Below, piece by piece: positions 42,101-51,970 of a DNA stretch of 64,000 nucleotides. The DNA lies in assembly GCA_965216465.1 (NCBI GenBank), contig CBDCFW010000006.1, positions 1,235,334 through 1,299,333 on the forward strand. Direction: 5' to 3'. Below the pieces are notes generated by a model. It did not search any database, was not told the DNA's origin, and worked only from the letters and a program-made list of their open reading frames with translations. The translations under genes were made by a program, and so were the position numbers. Numbering within the stretch: the first letter of the stretch is position 1; every line of letters starts with the position of its first letter. Origin of the DNA: Bacteroidia bacterium. Lineage in GTDB: Bacteria > Bacteroidota > Bacteroidia > NS11-12g > UBA9320.

Positions 42101-45100
42101 CAACTGTGGTAGCGAATATCACGCAACTCCACCACTGCCAGCAAGCTGTACTGCTTGGGGAGCTGATGATGACATCTGGCAAACCTATGTTTCATATTAC
42201 TTAAGTGCTAAGCAGTTTATACAAAAAGAAATTGCGGATGACTGGGTTATATCTACGGGCCGACTAGGATTTAATGAATGTATTGGCAATGAGAATTATT
42301 CGCCTTCTTCAAGTAATTTGCAAAAGCTTGGGACAGCTCCTGTTTCTGGAACTCCTGCATTTGGAGGGTTAGAAGGTTTGCTAGAACCATGTGGCAATTT
42401 AAATTACACCAAATATCTTAATAAAAAACCACGTTTTGATTTAAAAGCAGTAACCGTAAAAGTGGACGAGGAACTCGCACGCTTTAATAGATCGTACCAG
42501 TTCAATGCCTGTCCGCTTGCCTTAGATTTTGAATTCTTCTTGAATGAGCTAACCAGTAGAGACAAGCTTAAAACGACACAAACTAATCTGGACTTAAAAG
42601 ATTTCAAAAGCCTCACTCCTGCATTGTCGGATGTTATCTTTGGAACAAATCCCGCATCTTCCATTACTTGGAATAGTTCAACAACCGGTAACGTTTTAAC
42701 CGGAAGTTTTCAATACAACTCCAATACGGTTAATGTAAGCTTAACACTAAGCAATGGAACATGGAACGATGTAACTCGAATTTTTGCAATTTCTGATGTT
42801 GTGTTTGACGATGTTTCCGTTCCGAACACATCCAATTTCAACCTTAAAGCATTGCAGTATAATACAACCACAGAAGAGTTTTTACAATCTACAATTGTTG
42901 GCTCTTTTGATGTTGATTTGAATAAGGATTGCAAGTTTGAGGATGAGTGTGAACCTACCGATTACGCATTTACAATTCGCGATATTTTGGCAGGATTAAG
43001 TTTGAACGCAAATGATTTAACCTCTACAACTGCGATTCCCCTTGAAACAACCTATTCTACTTTTATAAAACGATTTGTTCGAAATGAACTAACTGTGGCT
43101 ACAAATCTTGAGTATACCTTTAATAGTACCTCTAACAAGGGAACCATCCATCAGCAAGGAGCAGTTGGTTCTGGAATTGATATTAACTTCCCAAGTGGGT
43201 TTAGTGTTTCAAGCATTGCAACAATATACGGAATTGAGGTGGATAAAGACAAGGTAGCAAACGGTTTAGTAATCTTATACATTGATAGTAATGGAGATAA
43301 ACAAAGCGTTAAAGTAACCGTAAGCAAGGGTCAAACAGCGAAGTGTTTTGACCCTACAAAGATGTTTTGTGAAGATATTCGCTATGATGTAACTCGCGAC
43401 TTTGCCTCTTTATTAGAATACTTAATCGAAAATCCTTCAGTAAACAATGTAAACCTGAACGACAACAACTTGTATACGGCTTTACTTCAGAGTTATATAG
43501 GACACGGTGATGCCGTATTCAATGTTCCTGTAAGTGGCAATGATGGAAACGAATTGACTACAACAATTGATGTATTCGAAACGGGAACAGCAAACAAGTT
43601 GACTACATGTGAGCTTAAACTTTATAGAAAAATGTATGGTGACGTGCAGACCGATATTCCATTGACTGATATTACCGATATTGGCGAGTTGCAAGTAGAC
43701 ATGGAAAATCTTCACATGGGAGACGCCCATCACTTTACTGTTTTAGCCGTATTTAATAACAAAACAGATTATGCTGAAGAAATTCATGGTTATATATCCT
43801 GCCTTCCTTTATTTGATTGTGCTGATTGTGTAGAGAAGGAAGAGGATGATGCAGAAAAGAAATGTGGAAACTACGAATATGAGTTATATTATCATGAAAT
43901 GATGCAACTTGGTATGGAAGGTTTGATTATACCTTATTCTGATGATTTTCCTTGCTCTTGTGTTGAAGAGTATTTATACTATGTAAAACTTGCCGTGCTC
44001 AGTGCAAATAGCAATTCCACAGCGATTACCAATGCAGTGCCTCAATTAAATCCAACATTGGGAATTGATGAGTTTGTTTTACCACCGTACAACTGTACGG
44101 TTACCTTTCCTGACTGTGATGTCACTCAGGAAATTCTACCAAATATCGTAGCTGAAGTCAATAATTTCAATGCACAATATGCACAATACTTTCCTACTTT
44201 AAGCCCGCCTAGTCTGGTAACTGGTGATGATTGTCATTGTGCTGCTAAATATTTAATATATCTAGAATTATGGACTTCCTTGTATGGAACCAATGTTCCG
44301 CCAATCCCACCATCAGCCATACCCATTCCTCCATTGAGCTATAACAATTTTCAAATTGGAGGTTGCCAAATTGATCAGTGTCTGGTAAACTATAAAATGT
44401 ATCGTGACAAAACCACTTCTGTAGGCGGAGTGCCTATTGTATTTGATCCTGCAATTGGGTGTGATTGTTGGAAACATTATGCACTCGAAGCGAATTTGCT
44501 AACCCCTCACTTATCAACTGATATTACAAATTATTGCAGCAATCGATTGATAAACTTAACATCTTCTTATCCTCCAAAATATGACCACGTTAATTTCGAT
44601 GAGGAATTGACCATGTTTGAGGTCAGCTATGCAGATGATGCACCTATTGAATCAAGATCAAGAAGCTTTAATGAATGCGAACCGCCCGAATTTGATGTGT
44701 TTAGAGTGAATATTCCAGACCGTTGTTCAACATGGCTCGACAATCTCGCAGAAGAAAATGCACGTGTTCGCTATGAGCAGCAAATGGACCAGCTTAGACA
44801 GCAATTCCATAACGGCTACATGGATAAGTGTTTGAATATTGACGAGAGTTTAGACTTTGTAATGCCTATTCAAGACTACCATTACACGCTCTACTATTAC
44901 GATCAAGCTGGGAATTTGGTCAGAACCGTACCTCCAGCAGGTGTGGTCGTTGAAACGGATGTTAATGATCTAGCTGAAATCAAAGAAGATAGAATTAACA
45001 AAACGAGAAATTATGCAACCTTGCACGGACTTTCAACAGTTTACGAATACAACAGTTTACAACAGTTAACCAGACAACATGTACCAGACAACGACCCAAT

Positions 45101-48100
45101 GGATGACAAGTATGTTCTTCGTTCTAGTGGATTGCCAACTGATTTCGAAACGCATGATGTTGTATTTACTGATCCAACCCACGCAATCCTAGTAGGAACC
45201 AACACTGACGATGAGACTGAAATTTACCAGTCGTCAGATGCAGGAGAAACTTGGGTGCGACATAACGGTTTAAGAACCGACGACATACTCGATGTTGAGA
45301 TGTATGATGCGAATCAAGGATTTGCAGTTGGATCGGGCGGCGTATTCCTACATACAAAAGATGCTGGAGACAATTGGAAAATAGTTTACCATTCAGATCT
45401 AATCGGCAAAGACTTTACTAGCTTAGATTTAGCTATAGGTGTAAGCCCTGACCCTAAAGGAATTATAGCAGGCAATGATGCAGAGACCATTGAATTTGAA
45501 TATACTACCTCTTCAGGAGCATATGCTTTTAGCATTCTTGGCTTCAATACCACAGCTGACGAAGGTGACTTTGTAGACCTCGAGTTTAAAGATGCTAATG
45601 TAGCCTATGCTATCGTCAATACCGCAACAGATCAGCGTGTATTAAGCATAGATCTTTCTGCAGGTACACCGAAATGGACAAACTGGGATATTGATGAAAA
45701 TGTAAGACTCACCAACCTAAATGACGGGTGGTTCTATGGATCGGGTTCTTCCGATGGATATGTAGTAGGTGACGATGGAGTAGTGGCTCAAGCCGGAAAT
45801 GTAGGAGATAATTTTGATCAAATTGCAACTGGATTGACTGCTGATTTATTGCAGGTATACTTTAAAGATGTTAACAACGGAATAGCCTTAGGTGATGACG
45901 GATTTATTTACAGAACCACAAACGCTGGACAACAATGGACGGCTATGAATGGTATAGGCTCATACAATCAATTCCATATCTACGACGAAGCAAACGGTTT
46001 AGGATTTGCGGTTGGAGATGATGGAATAATTGCGGCAGTAGATATTTCGGAAGCCTATGTTAATCGACTGAGCTATACCCCTTTAAAATCTGACGATTTT
46101 ACTGCGGTTGGATTTGAAGATGATGAGCATGGATTAATCGGAACTTCTTCAGGAAAGGTATTCCGGGTTGAGAATCAACCTAGCGGTGTTTACTTTGATG
46201 ATTTGTTCTATGGCTCTGCTTCTTCAATCGAGCAACTTCATCTTGAAGGAAGTGTCGGGATAGTTCTAAACGCTGGTGCGGAAATGAAACGAATAGATAT
46301 TTCAGGATCTGTTGGAACCTACTCTATATCAACACCAACACTATTAAAATCAGGTGTAGAGAATTGGAGTATTGAAGGATCTACTCTATTTGCCTTAACA
46401 ACGGCTGCATCTCCAGCGGTGGAAGAATACAGTTCAACCAATCCCCAAGCGTACTCCATATCAACTACTCCATCACACCCCATTACTCAAAAGTCTTCAG
46501 GAGAAACGTTGCATTTTGTGGCAAACAGAACGTCAACCGATTACTTTGCTGGTGGTACAAATGGAGAACTTAACAGAGAGCTTTCATCAACTTCATCAAA
46601 TGTTTCTAAAAATACCAGTCCTCTGACATTAACAAGTTTGGATGTTGAGGGTAATTATGTTGCATTGGTGGCTGAAGATGGTAGATTATATGTTTCAGAA
46701 TCGCAGTTTGATGATATACGATTACGAGCGTCAAATCACCGTGGTGATTTGTTTGATTTAGACATTAACAGCTCGGGTGAAGGCTTTGCTATTGCTGATG
46801 ATTGTAAACTGTATGCACTTACATCAGGTGTGATTACAACCTCTGAGCTGCCCATTGACGCACATGCCGTTACCTTCGATAATCTAAATTCTCTTTGGGT
46901 TGCAAACGATAACTTTGTGTATGAAACGGCTACTGGCGGTGTCTCATGGCAGCTCACAGCGGAAGCTGAAGACGACCGAAGTTTTAGAACGATAAAACGA
47001 TTCAACAATGAATTGGTTTATGCAGGAACTGACGGTCTGGTATCTACCAACGATGGTAATCTGGATCAAGGATTTATTACATCTGATGTTCTTTACGATA
47101 TGGATTTAGAAGGTGCATATGGTCTCCTTGGAGGAGAAAATGGACTTTCATTTAGCTCAACAAGTTTCGGAGAATATTGGAACATCAATCCATACGCTCC
47201 TGATCATATACAAGGGGTGCATGTAAAAGATGAGAACACGGCATATTTCTTAGGAAGTAATGGCTTAAATGAACAGGCCAATATTTATTATACTTCTGTT
47301 ATATCGATGGGACTTGCATCCACTTCAGGAATTACCTACTATGCCGCAGATGAAAACCACAGAGGAACTGAAGTTTTAGTTTCTACCGATGGATTGTATC
47401 GCAAGCTTGATGGACAGTCTTGGGTGTTGATGCAATCTAGTGCAGTGCTCAAAGATGTATCTGTGCAAAGGAGTACAGCCTTTGCTGTTGGAGACAATAA
47501 GCAGATATACCGAATTTTAAATGTAAACCAATCCTCTGGTTATACACTCGATAATCTTACAACACTGTCTGGTACTAACATTCCAGGTTTACCAGCATCC
47601 AATTATACAAAAGTGGTGCAATACGGTAACAACGATGCATTTGTAGTCGGAACAAGTGGGTCTATAATAAAAACAGTAAACGCTGGGGCAGAATGGAATG
47701 CTTATGATTCAGATATTAATGAAACCAATACGAACGATGATATATACGCTATTGCGGTCTCAGGCAGAGAGAATATTATAATTGGAGGTGATGCCAAGTT
47801 TGCAAATGCAATTTATGATCGCGGCGGATTCGCTACCTCACTCTTCTACTATGATCGATTGGGAAGAATGGTAGCAAGTCAAAATGCGAATCAATTTGAC
47901 ACCGCTCACTCGTATACAATTTATGATGAAATTGGAAGGATTAAAGAAGTTGGAGAGAAGGTAAGCAGTACGCCAATGGAGGACAATTACGTGGATGGAC
48001 AAATGGACGATGCACTATTTACCGCATGGTTAACAGCTGGAGCCTTTAATACCCGAAAAGAAATTACGCGTACGCATTACGATGAGCAAACAGTAGCTCC

Positions 48101-51100
48101 TGCTGCAGAAATTATTCAAGTCAACCTCCGCAAGCGTGTGGCGAGTATGACCTATGAGGCCGTTTATGATGGATCAGACCTTACCTACGATGCAGCAACG
48201 CACTATACCTATGATATTCATGGCAACGTTGACCACCTGGTTCAAGAAATTCCAGAATTGGATGCTATAGGCCAGGCATTTAAGCATATATACTATGAAT
48301 ATGATCTCGTGAGCGGCAACGTAAACAAGGTGTCTTACAATCCAGGTGAAGATGATGCATACTATCACAAATACGAGTACGATGCAGACAATCGAATTGT
48401 TGATGTTTATACGAGTATTGACGATTGCATTTGGGACAACGATGCAAACTACAACTACTATAAACATGGGCCACTGGCACGTACAGAAATAGGAGACCTT
48501 AAAGTACAAGGCCAAGACTTTGCTTATACTATTCATGGATGGTTAAAAGGAGTGAATAGCAGCACCCTGGATCGAACGAGAGACATGGGTAGAGACGGTG
48601 ATATTTCCATTACGAATCATCCATACAAGTATTATGGAGGTGATGTGTATGGTTATTCATTAGGATATTATGAATCTGGTGCGAGTGACTATCAATCTAT
48701 AACGTCGTTCACCACAGCCAATTATTTCTTGGCTCAAGTTTCAGGCTCTGATCTGCTTAATGAACGTTGGGACTTGTACAATGGAAATATAGGTTACATG
48801 GTAACAGCTATTCCTGATGTAACGATATACAATTCAGGATATACTATCACAGCTGCTCCTCGAGCAAGTGCTTACAAATACGATCAATTGAACAGAATAA
48901 TAAGCAATAGAAGCTTCGACAATATCGATATGGTGAATAATTTCTGGCAGTCTGGAACTGGGGCGAGTAACAGTTATAGAACAGATTATACCTACGATGC
49001 TATGGGTAATATACTTACTCTTCAGAGGTACAATGAAACTCAGTTGATAGATGATTTACAGTACTATTATGACAACAATAACGGCTCTGGGACGTTGCAA
49101 AGCAACAAGCTTTATCATGTACACGATTATGCTGGTAAGGTAATGACCAATGATATTGCTGGGCTTGATACGGTGAAATGGGATACAGTAGAAACACAAA
49201 ACAACTTCCAATACGACAAGCTAGGAAACTTAGTGAAGGATAAGGAGGAATTGATAGATACGATATTATGGACCGTGTATGGCAAGATTGCTGAAATTCA
49301 CAGAAGAACGGATACCGTGCATCAAAAGGCTGATCTTGCCTTTAAGTATGATGCATCTGGCAATCGAATAATCAAAACAGTTAAACCAAGAGATACGTTT
49401 GGAGTAATAAAGCCGTCGGATGATTGGATTCATACCTACTACCTGCGGGATGCAAGTGGTAATATTATGGCGGTTTACAACTATGTTGGAGATGACTTCT
49501 CATGGGAAGAAGCTCACATATATGGTAGCAGTAGAATTGGAGTTTACAAGCCAAGCAAAGTTTTAGAAGACAATGATTGCACGCTTGATTTCGACGTAGA
49601 TACTATGTGGACAAGTGCCATGGGCCAACAAGCCTTTGACGATGAAATGGTCAACGCATTTAACAGCACGGGCTTGCAGCATGTTTCTACATTCTTAATG
49701 AGCAACTTGCAATACATCAACCAGTCAGTTGAAAATGCAAGAACTACAGCACCAAGCAAAACTGAATTTGCAGCATACTTGGATGGATTAGAACGTTATT
49801 TATGTAAATTTAAAGCATATACAATTCCTGACGATTCAACCTTCCACAATGAACTTTTACCGGAAATTGATGATGAATTTGACTTGAATTGGATGTTGCC
49901 AAAGATGGATATAACCAATGTTTCATCCATAGAAACGTATTGGGACGGTGCCGTGGTAAGAATACAAAAATCGTTGAATCAGATTTATGGTTACCAAGCA
50001 CCTGATGAAGTTTCATTACGCTTGTTAGGAAGCAAGAGGTATGAGTTAAGCAATCATCTGGGCAATGTTTTGGTAACGGTGACGGACAAAAAAGTTGCTG
50101 TGGCCGATATATCCGGATTGATTATAGAACAGTTCAATGCTGAGATAAAAACCATCTCCGATTACTATCCATTTGGGATGCTGATTGAAGAACGGTCAAT
50201 TTCTGGGGTGTCAAATGTGAGTAAATTAACCCACTCTCCGAACCCTACTTACACCTTTGTAACTCAGTTACCGAATGGTGATATTCAGTGGACAAAACAC
50301 GCTTGGAAAGGCGGCGGTGTATCGCAAGAAGTATACACTGAAAATTGTCGAGTAGTGTGGAACGATCCATTGGGTGTAGGCGGTACCCGAGCACATGCAG
50401 GACTATCGAGTCAAACCTATTCGTCCATTTGGAATATAGAATATCGTATCACCACAGATGTATCTCAGACCAATTATGGGTATCGTGTAATTGGCGGTTC
50501 ATCTGGCCTAACAGGAATAGCAGTACAGGCTGGCGACCAAGCCGTTGTAGAACGATTGAATGGAATTATTTATCTTTACATCATCAGAGCCAACGGAACA
50601 CGAATAGACATTGTAAATTTCGCAGAATCCTATGCAGATATGCCTTTGCGAGCGGCATACTACTGTGATATTGCATCGGCAACCAACGTCCTCACCATGG
50701 ATTTGGATTTCTATGGCCCCAATGGGTATCGATTTGGGTTTAATGGTTATGAAAATGAACCAAAAGTAGCTGGAGAAGGAAGTGTTATTGATTTTGGGGC
50801 TAGAATATATGACTCAAGGCTAGGAAGGTTTCATAGCACAGATCCGTATTTTAAGATGTTGCCAACATTCAGCACCTATGGTTATGCTATCAGTAATCCA
50901 GTATTGATGAAAGATGGAAATGGTATGGGGCCCATACCATTTCGCTTTAAAGAATTTCTAAGCGATGATTCATATTATTTTACTGGTCTTCTAGCAGGAA
51001 TCGGAGATGGCCTCGTTGAAAGCGTTGATATGATGCTTGGTGTAGTGGAAGCCAAAGATGCTTGGAATCCAACCGCAGGTCTATTTTATACTGCACGTGG

Positions 51101-51686
51101 TGCTGAGATTCGTGATCAACATATTGAATTTGGAAAACTTGCAATTAATTTAATGACTGACGAGGAACTCCAGAAGGAGGTTTATAACTCGCTAAAGACA
51201 GAATTTGGAGACTGGTGGGACGAAACTACTTTTGACGGTACAACAGCAGAAGCGGGATATAATCATGGCAAGATAATCTTTGAAGGCGTTGCAGCAATTA
51301 TTGGAGTATCTGAACTTAACTATTTAATGAAGACTGGACAGTTCTCGGTCAGGGGCCTTGCTAAAATTGCCAGAGCTAGGTATCATAAGATTATAAGTAC
51401 AATAGACGATGAGATTGTTGGATTGAAGACCCTTGAAGAAAAGGCTAGAAGAGCTTATGACATTAGACACGAAGCAAGAATCGTTTCAAGAGAAGCATCC
51501 GGAAGAATTAATAGTATAATTGCGAAAACGAGAGATATGATTAGATATGGGAAAACAGATGGTCCTTCATTTGACGATTTGTTTAAAAAGCATAAAGATA
51601 ATGGTTTGTCAGATGATGAGGCATATGAGAAAATCATAGAAAGTGCCAAGAAGACTAGCACAGTGTTTGACAAATTAGCGGAGTAA
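39162..51686 (+). CDS. Giant Rhs/YD polymorphic toxin (4174 aa) with signal peptide and C-terminal toxin CT1
   Basis: YD repeats, [48 protein letters not shown]. Confidence 0.93.
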   Translation: MKRLKLILAGILLYSASSFGAFYPTSQVQNSVNFGTTLTLQELNYSSLPGMLGYTNVSVKNYVQLSVDWDNYTYHNKYSYLIEIELKTKNSALQQSTQVITIPIEYDPNANPGTSYSDKSTYRFTDAHQIDAKVLSAYDVINKTPVTLASLPSNILMTSYIGIERFEDFNTSTTVCPSTSLITHAGSPSPDELELEWSAVAGAEEYEVQWTFVDNYADDFGAIPASSIGYDFDQNCSKVRLSAETKFNISLIYERGYVIYRVRAIGRSQTDFKHHILGDWEVPDNATSLTTLSCGYYYLTDAFESGLNWQYSMAYAEEGKRKEVISYYDGANKNRQAVTATNSKDTLAIVGESVYDYNGRKAIDILPVPTQSPALRYYEDFNMNAGASQHYGWEDFDKDGSSDCESALGALSTSSGAAQYYSSNNPDQTDENAFIPDAGGYPFAQVEYTPDNTGRVRRQGGVGETHQLGADPWADKSTKYFYGKPTQIELDRLFGNEVGYAVHYKKNMVVDPNGQVSISYLNLAGQVIATSLSGEKPGNVKQLPNFENSISLSSELLNKNHLGNYISNKINQDFDGIEFRTTFVTGVAGIHTFTYSTTAQQFFDNCLGSFCMDCAYDLVFEVWDDCGNLVTSKTQYIGPSELNMSCETVSYTSPAWDVQLTKGSYNIVKRLEINKEAYDYYLNEYLSESNNTCITTMADLIVEEKNKLDYTGCEIDCDDCVDELGSLDEFIAKNYGTEEEWLEEYNNCVAACQGVSLCENIFQMMKMDVTPGAQYAKYQIDGEVGVDPSAYPLSLLNESNNLPHPNANWRNPVKLDGSGDEYRDEDGEISRIYLSRDEEGNYTPACNPAFILFDPVEGPYTKPENLTNVEDFIFYWQQSWAESLVYYHPEYGYVEWCQDFNLKREGQNVMNSDEFDNFISSQDNYAEANSNNLTTDDIDHLLDMDPFFKIFTTEKANMQALLADFNGTSYDAMDFAALVNNCGSEYHATPPLPASCTAWGADDDIWQTYVSYYLSAKQFIQKEIADDWVISTGRLGFNECIGNENYSPSSSNLQKLGTAPVSGTPAFGGLEGLLEPCGNLNYTKYLNKKPRFDLKAVTVKVDEELARFNRSYQFNACPLALDFEFFLNELTSRDKLKTTQTNLDLKDFKSLTPALSDVIFGTNPASSITWNSSTTGNVLTGSFQYNSNTVNVSLTLSNGTWNDVTRIFAISDVVFDDVSVPNTSNFNLKALQYNTTTEEFLQSTIVGSFDVDLNKDCKFEDECEPTDYAFTIRDILAGLSLNANDLTSTTAIPLETTYSTFIKRFVRNELTVATNLEYTFNSTSNKGTIHQQGAVGSGIDINFPSGFSVSSIATIYGIEVDKDKVANGLVILYIDSNGDKQSVKVTVSKGQTAKCFDPTKMFCEDIRYDVTRDFASLLEYLIENPSVNNVNLNDNNLYTALLQSYIGHGDAVFNVPVSGNDGNELTTTIDVFETGTANKLTTCELKLYRKMYGDVQTDIPLTDITDIGELQVDMENLHMGDAHHFTVLAVFNNKTDYAEEIHGYISCLPLFDCADCVEKEEDDAEKKCGNYEYELYYHEMMQLGMEGLIIPYSDDFPCSCVEEYLYYVKLAVLSANSNSTAITNAVPQLNPTLGIDEFVLPPYNCTVTFPDCDVTQEILPNIVAEVNNFNAQYAQYFPTLSPPSLVTGDDCHCAAKYLIYLELWTSLYGTNVPPIPPSAIPIPPLSYNNFQIGGCQIDQCLVNYKMYRDKTTSVGGVPIVFDPAIGCDCWKHYALEANLLTPHLSTDITNYCSNRLINLTSSYPPKYDHVNFDEELTMFEVSYADDAPIESRSRSFNECEPPEFDVFRVNIPDRCSTWLDNLAEENARVRYEQQMDQLRQQFHNGYMDKCLNIDESLDFVMPIQDYHYTLYYYDQAGNLVRTVPPAGVVVETDVNDLAEIKEDRINKTRNYATLHGLSTVYEYNSLQQLTRQHVPDNDPMDDKYVLRSSGLPTDFETHDVVFTDPTHAILVGTNTDDETEIYQSSDAGETWVRHNGLRTDDILDVEMYDANQGFAVGSGGVFLHTKDAGDNWKIVYHSDLIGKDFTSLDLAIGVSPDPKGIIAGNDAETIEFEYTTSSGAYAFSILGFNTTADEGDFVDLEFKDANVAYAIVNTATDQRVLSIDLSAGTPKWTNWDIDENVRLTNLNDGWFYGSGSSDGYVVGDDGVVAQAGNVGDNFDQIATGLTADLLQVYFKDVNNGIALGDDGFIYRTTNAGQQWTAMNGIGSYNQFHIYDEANGLGFAVGDDGIIAAVDISEAYVNRLSYTPLKSDDFTAVGFEDDEHGLIGTSSGKVFRVENQPSGVYFDDLFYGSASSIEQLHLEGSVGIVLNAGAEMKRIDISGSVGTYSISTPTLLKSGVENWSIEGSTLFALTTAASPAVEEYSSTNPQAYSISTTPSHPITQKSSGETLHFVANRTSTDYFAGGTNGELNRELSSTSSNVSKNTSPLTLTSLDVEGNYVALVAEDGRLYVSESQFDDIRLRASNHRGDLFDLDINSSGEGFAIADDCKLYALTSGVITTSELPIDAHAVTFDNLNSLWVANDNFVYETATGGVSWQLTAEAEDDRSFRTIKRFNNELVYAGTDGLVSTNDGNLDQGFITSDVLYDMDLEGAYGLLGGENGLSFSSTSFGEYWNINPYAPDHIQGVHVKDENTAYFLGSNGLNEQANIYYTSVISMGLASTSGITYYAADENHRGTEVLVSTDGLYRKLDGQSWVLMQSSAVLKDVSVQRSTAFAVGDNKQIYRILNVNQSSGYTLDNLTTLSGTNIPGLPASNYTKVVQYGNNDAFVVGTSGSIIKTVNAGAEWNAYDSDINETNTNDDIYAIAVSGRENIIIGGDAKFANAIYDRGGFATSLFYYDRLGRMVASQNANQFDTAHSYTIYDEIGRIKEVGEKVSSTPMEDNYVDGQMDDALFTAWLTAGAFNTRKEITRTHYDEQTVAPAAEIIQVNLRKRVASMTYEAVYDGSDLTYDAATHYTYDIHGNVDHLVQEIPELDAIGQAFKHIYYEYDLVSGNVNKVSYNPGEDDAYYHKYEYDADNRIVDVYTSIDDCIWDNDANYNYYKHGPLARTEIGDLKVQGQDFAYTIHGWLKGVNSSTLDRTRDMGRDGDISITNHPYKYYGGDVYGYSLGYYESGASDYQSITSFTTANYFLAQVSGSDLLNERWDLYNGNIGYMVTAIPDVTIYNSGYTITAAPRASAYKYDQLNRIISNRSFDNIDMVNNFWQSGTGASNSYRTDYTYDAMGNILTLQRYNETQLIDDLQYYYDNNNGSGTLQSNKLYHVHDYAGKVMTNDIAGLDTVKWDTVETQNNFQYDKLGNLVKDKEELIDTILWTVYGKIAEIHRRTDTVHQKADLAFKYDASGNRIIKTVKPRDTFGVIKPSDDWIHTYYLRDASGNIMAVYNYVGDDFSWEEAHIYGSSRIGVYKPSKVLEDNDCTLDFDVDTMWTSAMGQQAFDDEMVNAFNSTGLQHVSTFLMSNLQYINQSVENARTTAPSKTEFAAYLDGLERYLCKFKAYTIPDDSTFHNELLPEIDDEFDLNWMLPKMDITNVSSIETYWDGAVVRIQKSLNQIYGYQAPDEVSLRLLGSKRYELSNHLGNVLVTVTDKKVAVADISGLIIEQFNAEIKTISDYYPFGMLIEERSISGVSNVSKLTHSPNPTYTFVTQLPNGDIQWTKHAWKGGGVSQEVYTENCRVVWNDPLGVGGTRAHAGLSSQTYSSIWNIEYRITTDVSQTNYGYRVIGGSSGLTGIAVQAGDQAVVERLNGIIYLYIIRANGTRIDIVNFAESYADMPLRAAYYCDIASATNVLTMDLDFYGPNGYRFGFNGYENEPKVAGEGSVIDFGARIYDSRLGRFHSTDPYFKMLPTFSTYGYAISNPVLMKDGNGMGPIPFRFKEFLSDDSYYFTGLLAGIGDGLVESVDMMLGVVEAKDAWNPTAGLFYTARGAEIRDQHIEFGKLAINLMTDEELQKEVYNSLKTEFGDWWDETTFDGTTAEAGYNHGKIIFEGVAAIIGVSELNYLMKTGQFSVRGLAKIARARYHKIISTIDDEIVGLKTLEEKARRAYDIRHEARIVSREASGRINSIIAKTRDMIRYGKTDGPSFDDLFKKHKDNGLSDDEAYEKIIESAKKTSTVFDKLAE
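43378..50740. repeat. Left arm of a >=7.3-kb inverted repeat (pairs with 56637-64000)
   Basis: Protein and off-frame ORFs are mirror-identical; coordinate sum about 107377. Confidence 0.95.
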
Positions 51687-51970
51687 TGAAAATTGAAAGG
51701 CATTTTAACAGGTTAACTTTGCAACTTCATGGAGATTGCGAGTTTGAAGAGTTTTTTGAAATTGCCGAAAGGTTTCAAAAAATAATGAATATTGGGAAGT
51801 TCTCTAAAAGTGACTCATTTGATAATTTATACTGGAAGTTTAGATTTAATTGCACAACCTACTACCTTAATTATAGTGTCGATTTTGGGGTGTTCGTGTA
51901 TGCCAAATACAAGTGGTCAGAGGAAAGTATAAGAAAAGTGAAGAAATATTTAATAGAAAATGGCTGGTGA
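51686..51970 (+). CDS. Cytoplasmic immunity protein for CT1 (DUF3630-like)
   Basis: TAATG overlap with the toxin stop codon; small, no signal peptide. Confidence 0.7.
   Translation: MKIERHFNRLTLQLHGDCEFEEFFEIAERFQKIMNIGKFSKSDSFDNLYWKFRFNCTTYYLNYSVDFGVFVYAKYKWSEESIRKVKKYLIENGW

Noticed and set aside
28116-51970. T6SS, eCIS or prophage locus
   Set aside because: No recognisable sheath, tube, baseplate, VgrG, PAAR, capsid or integrase genes
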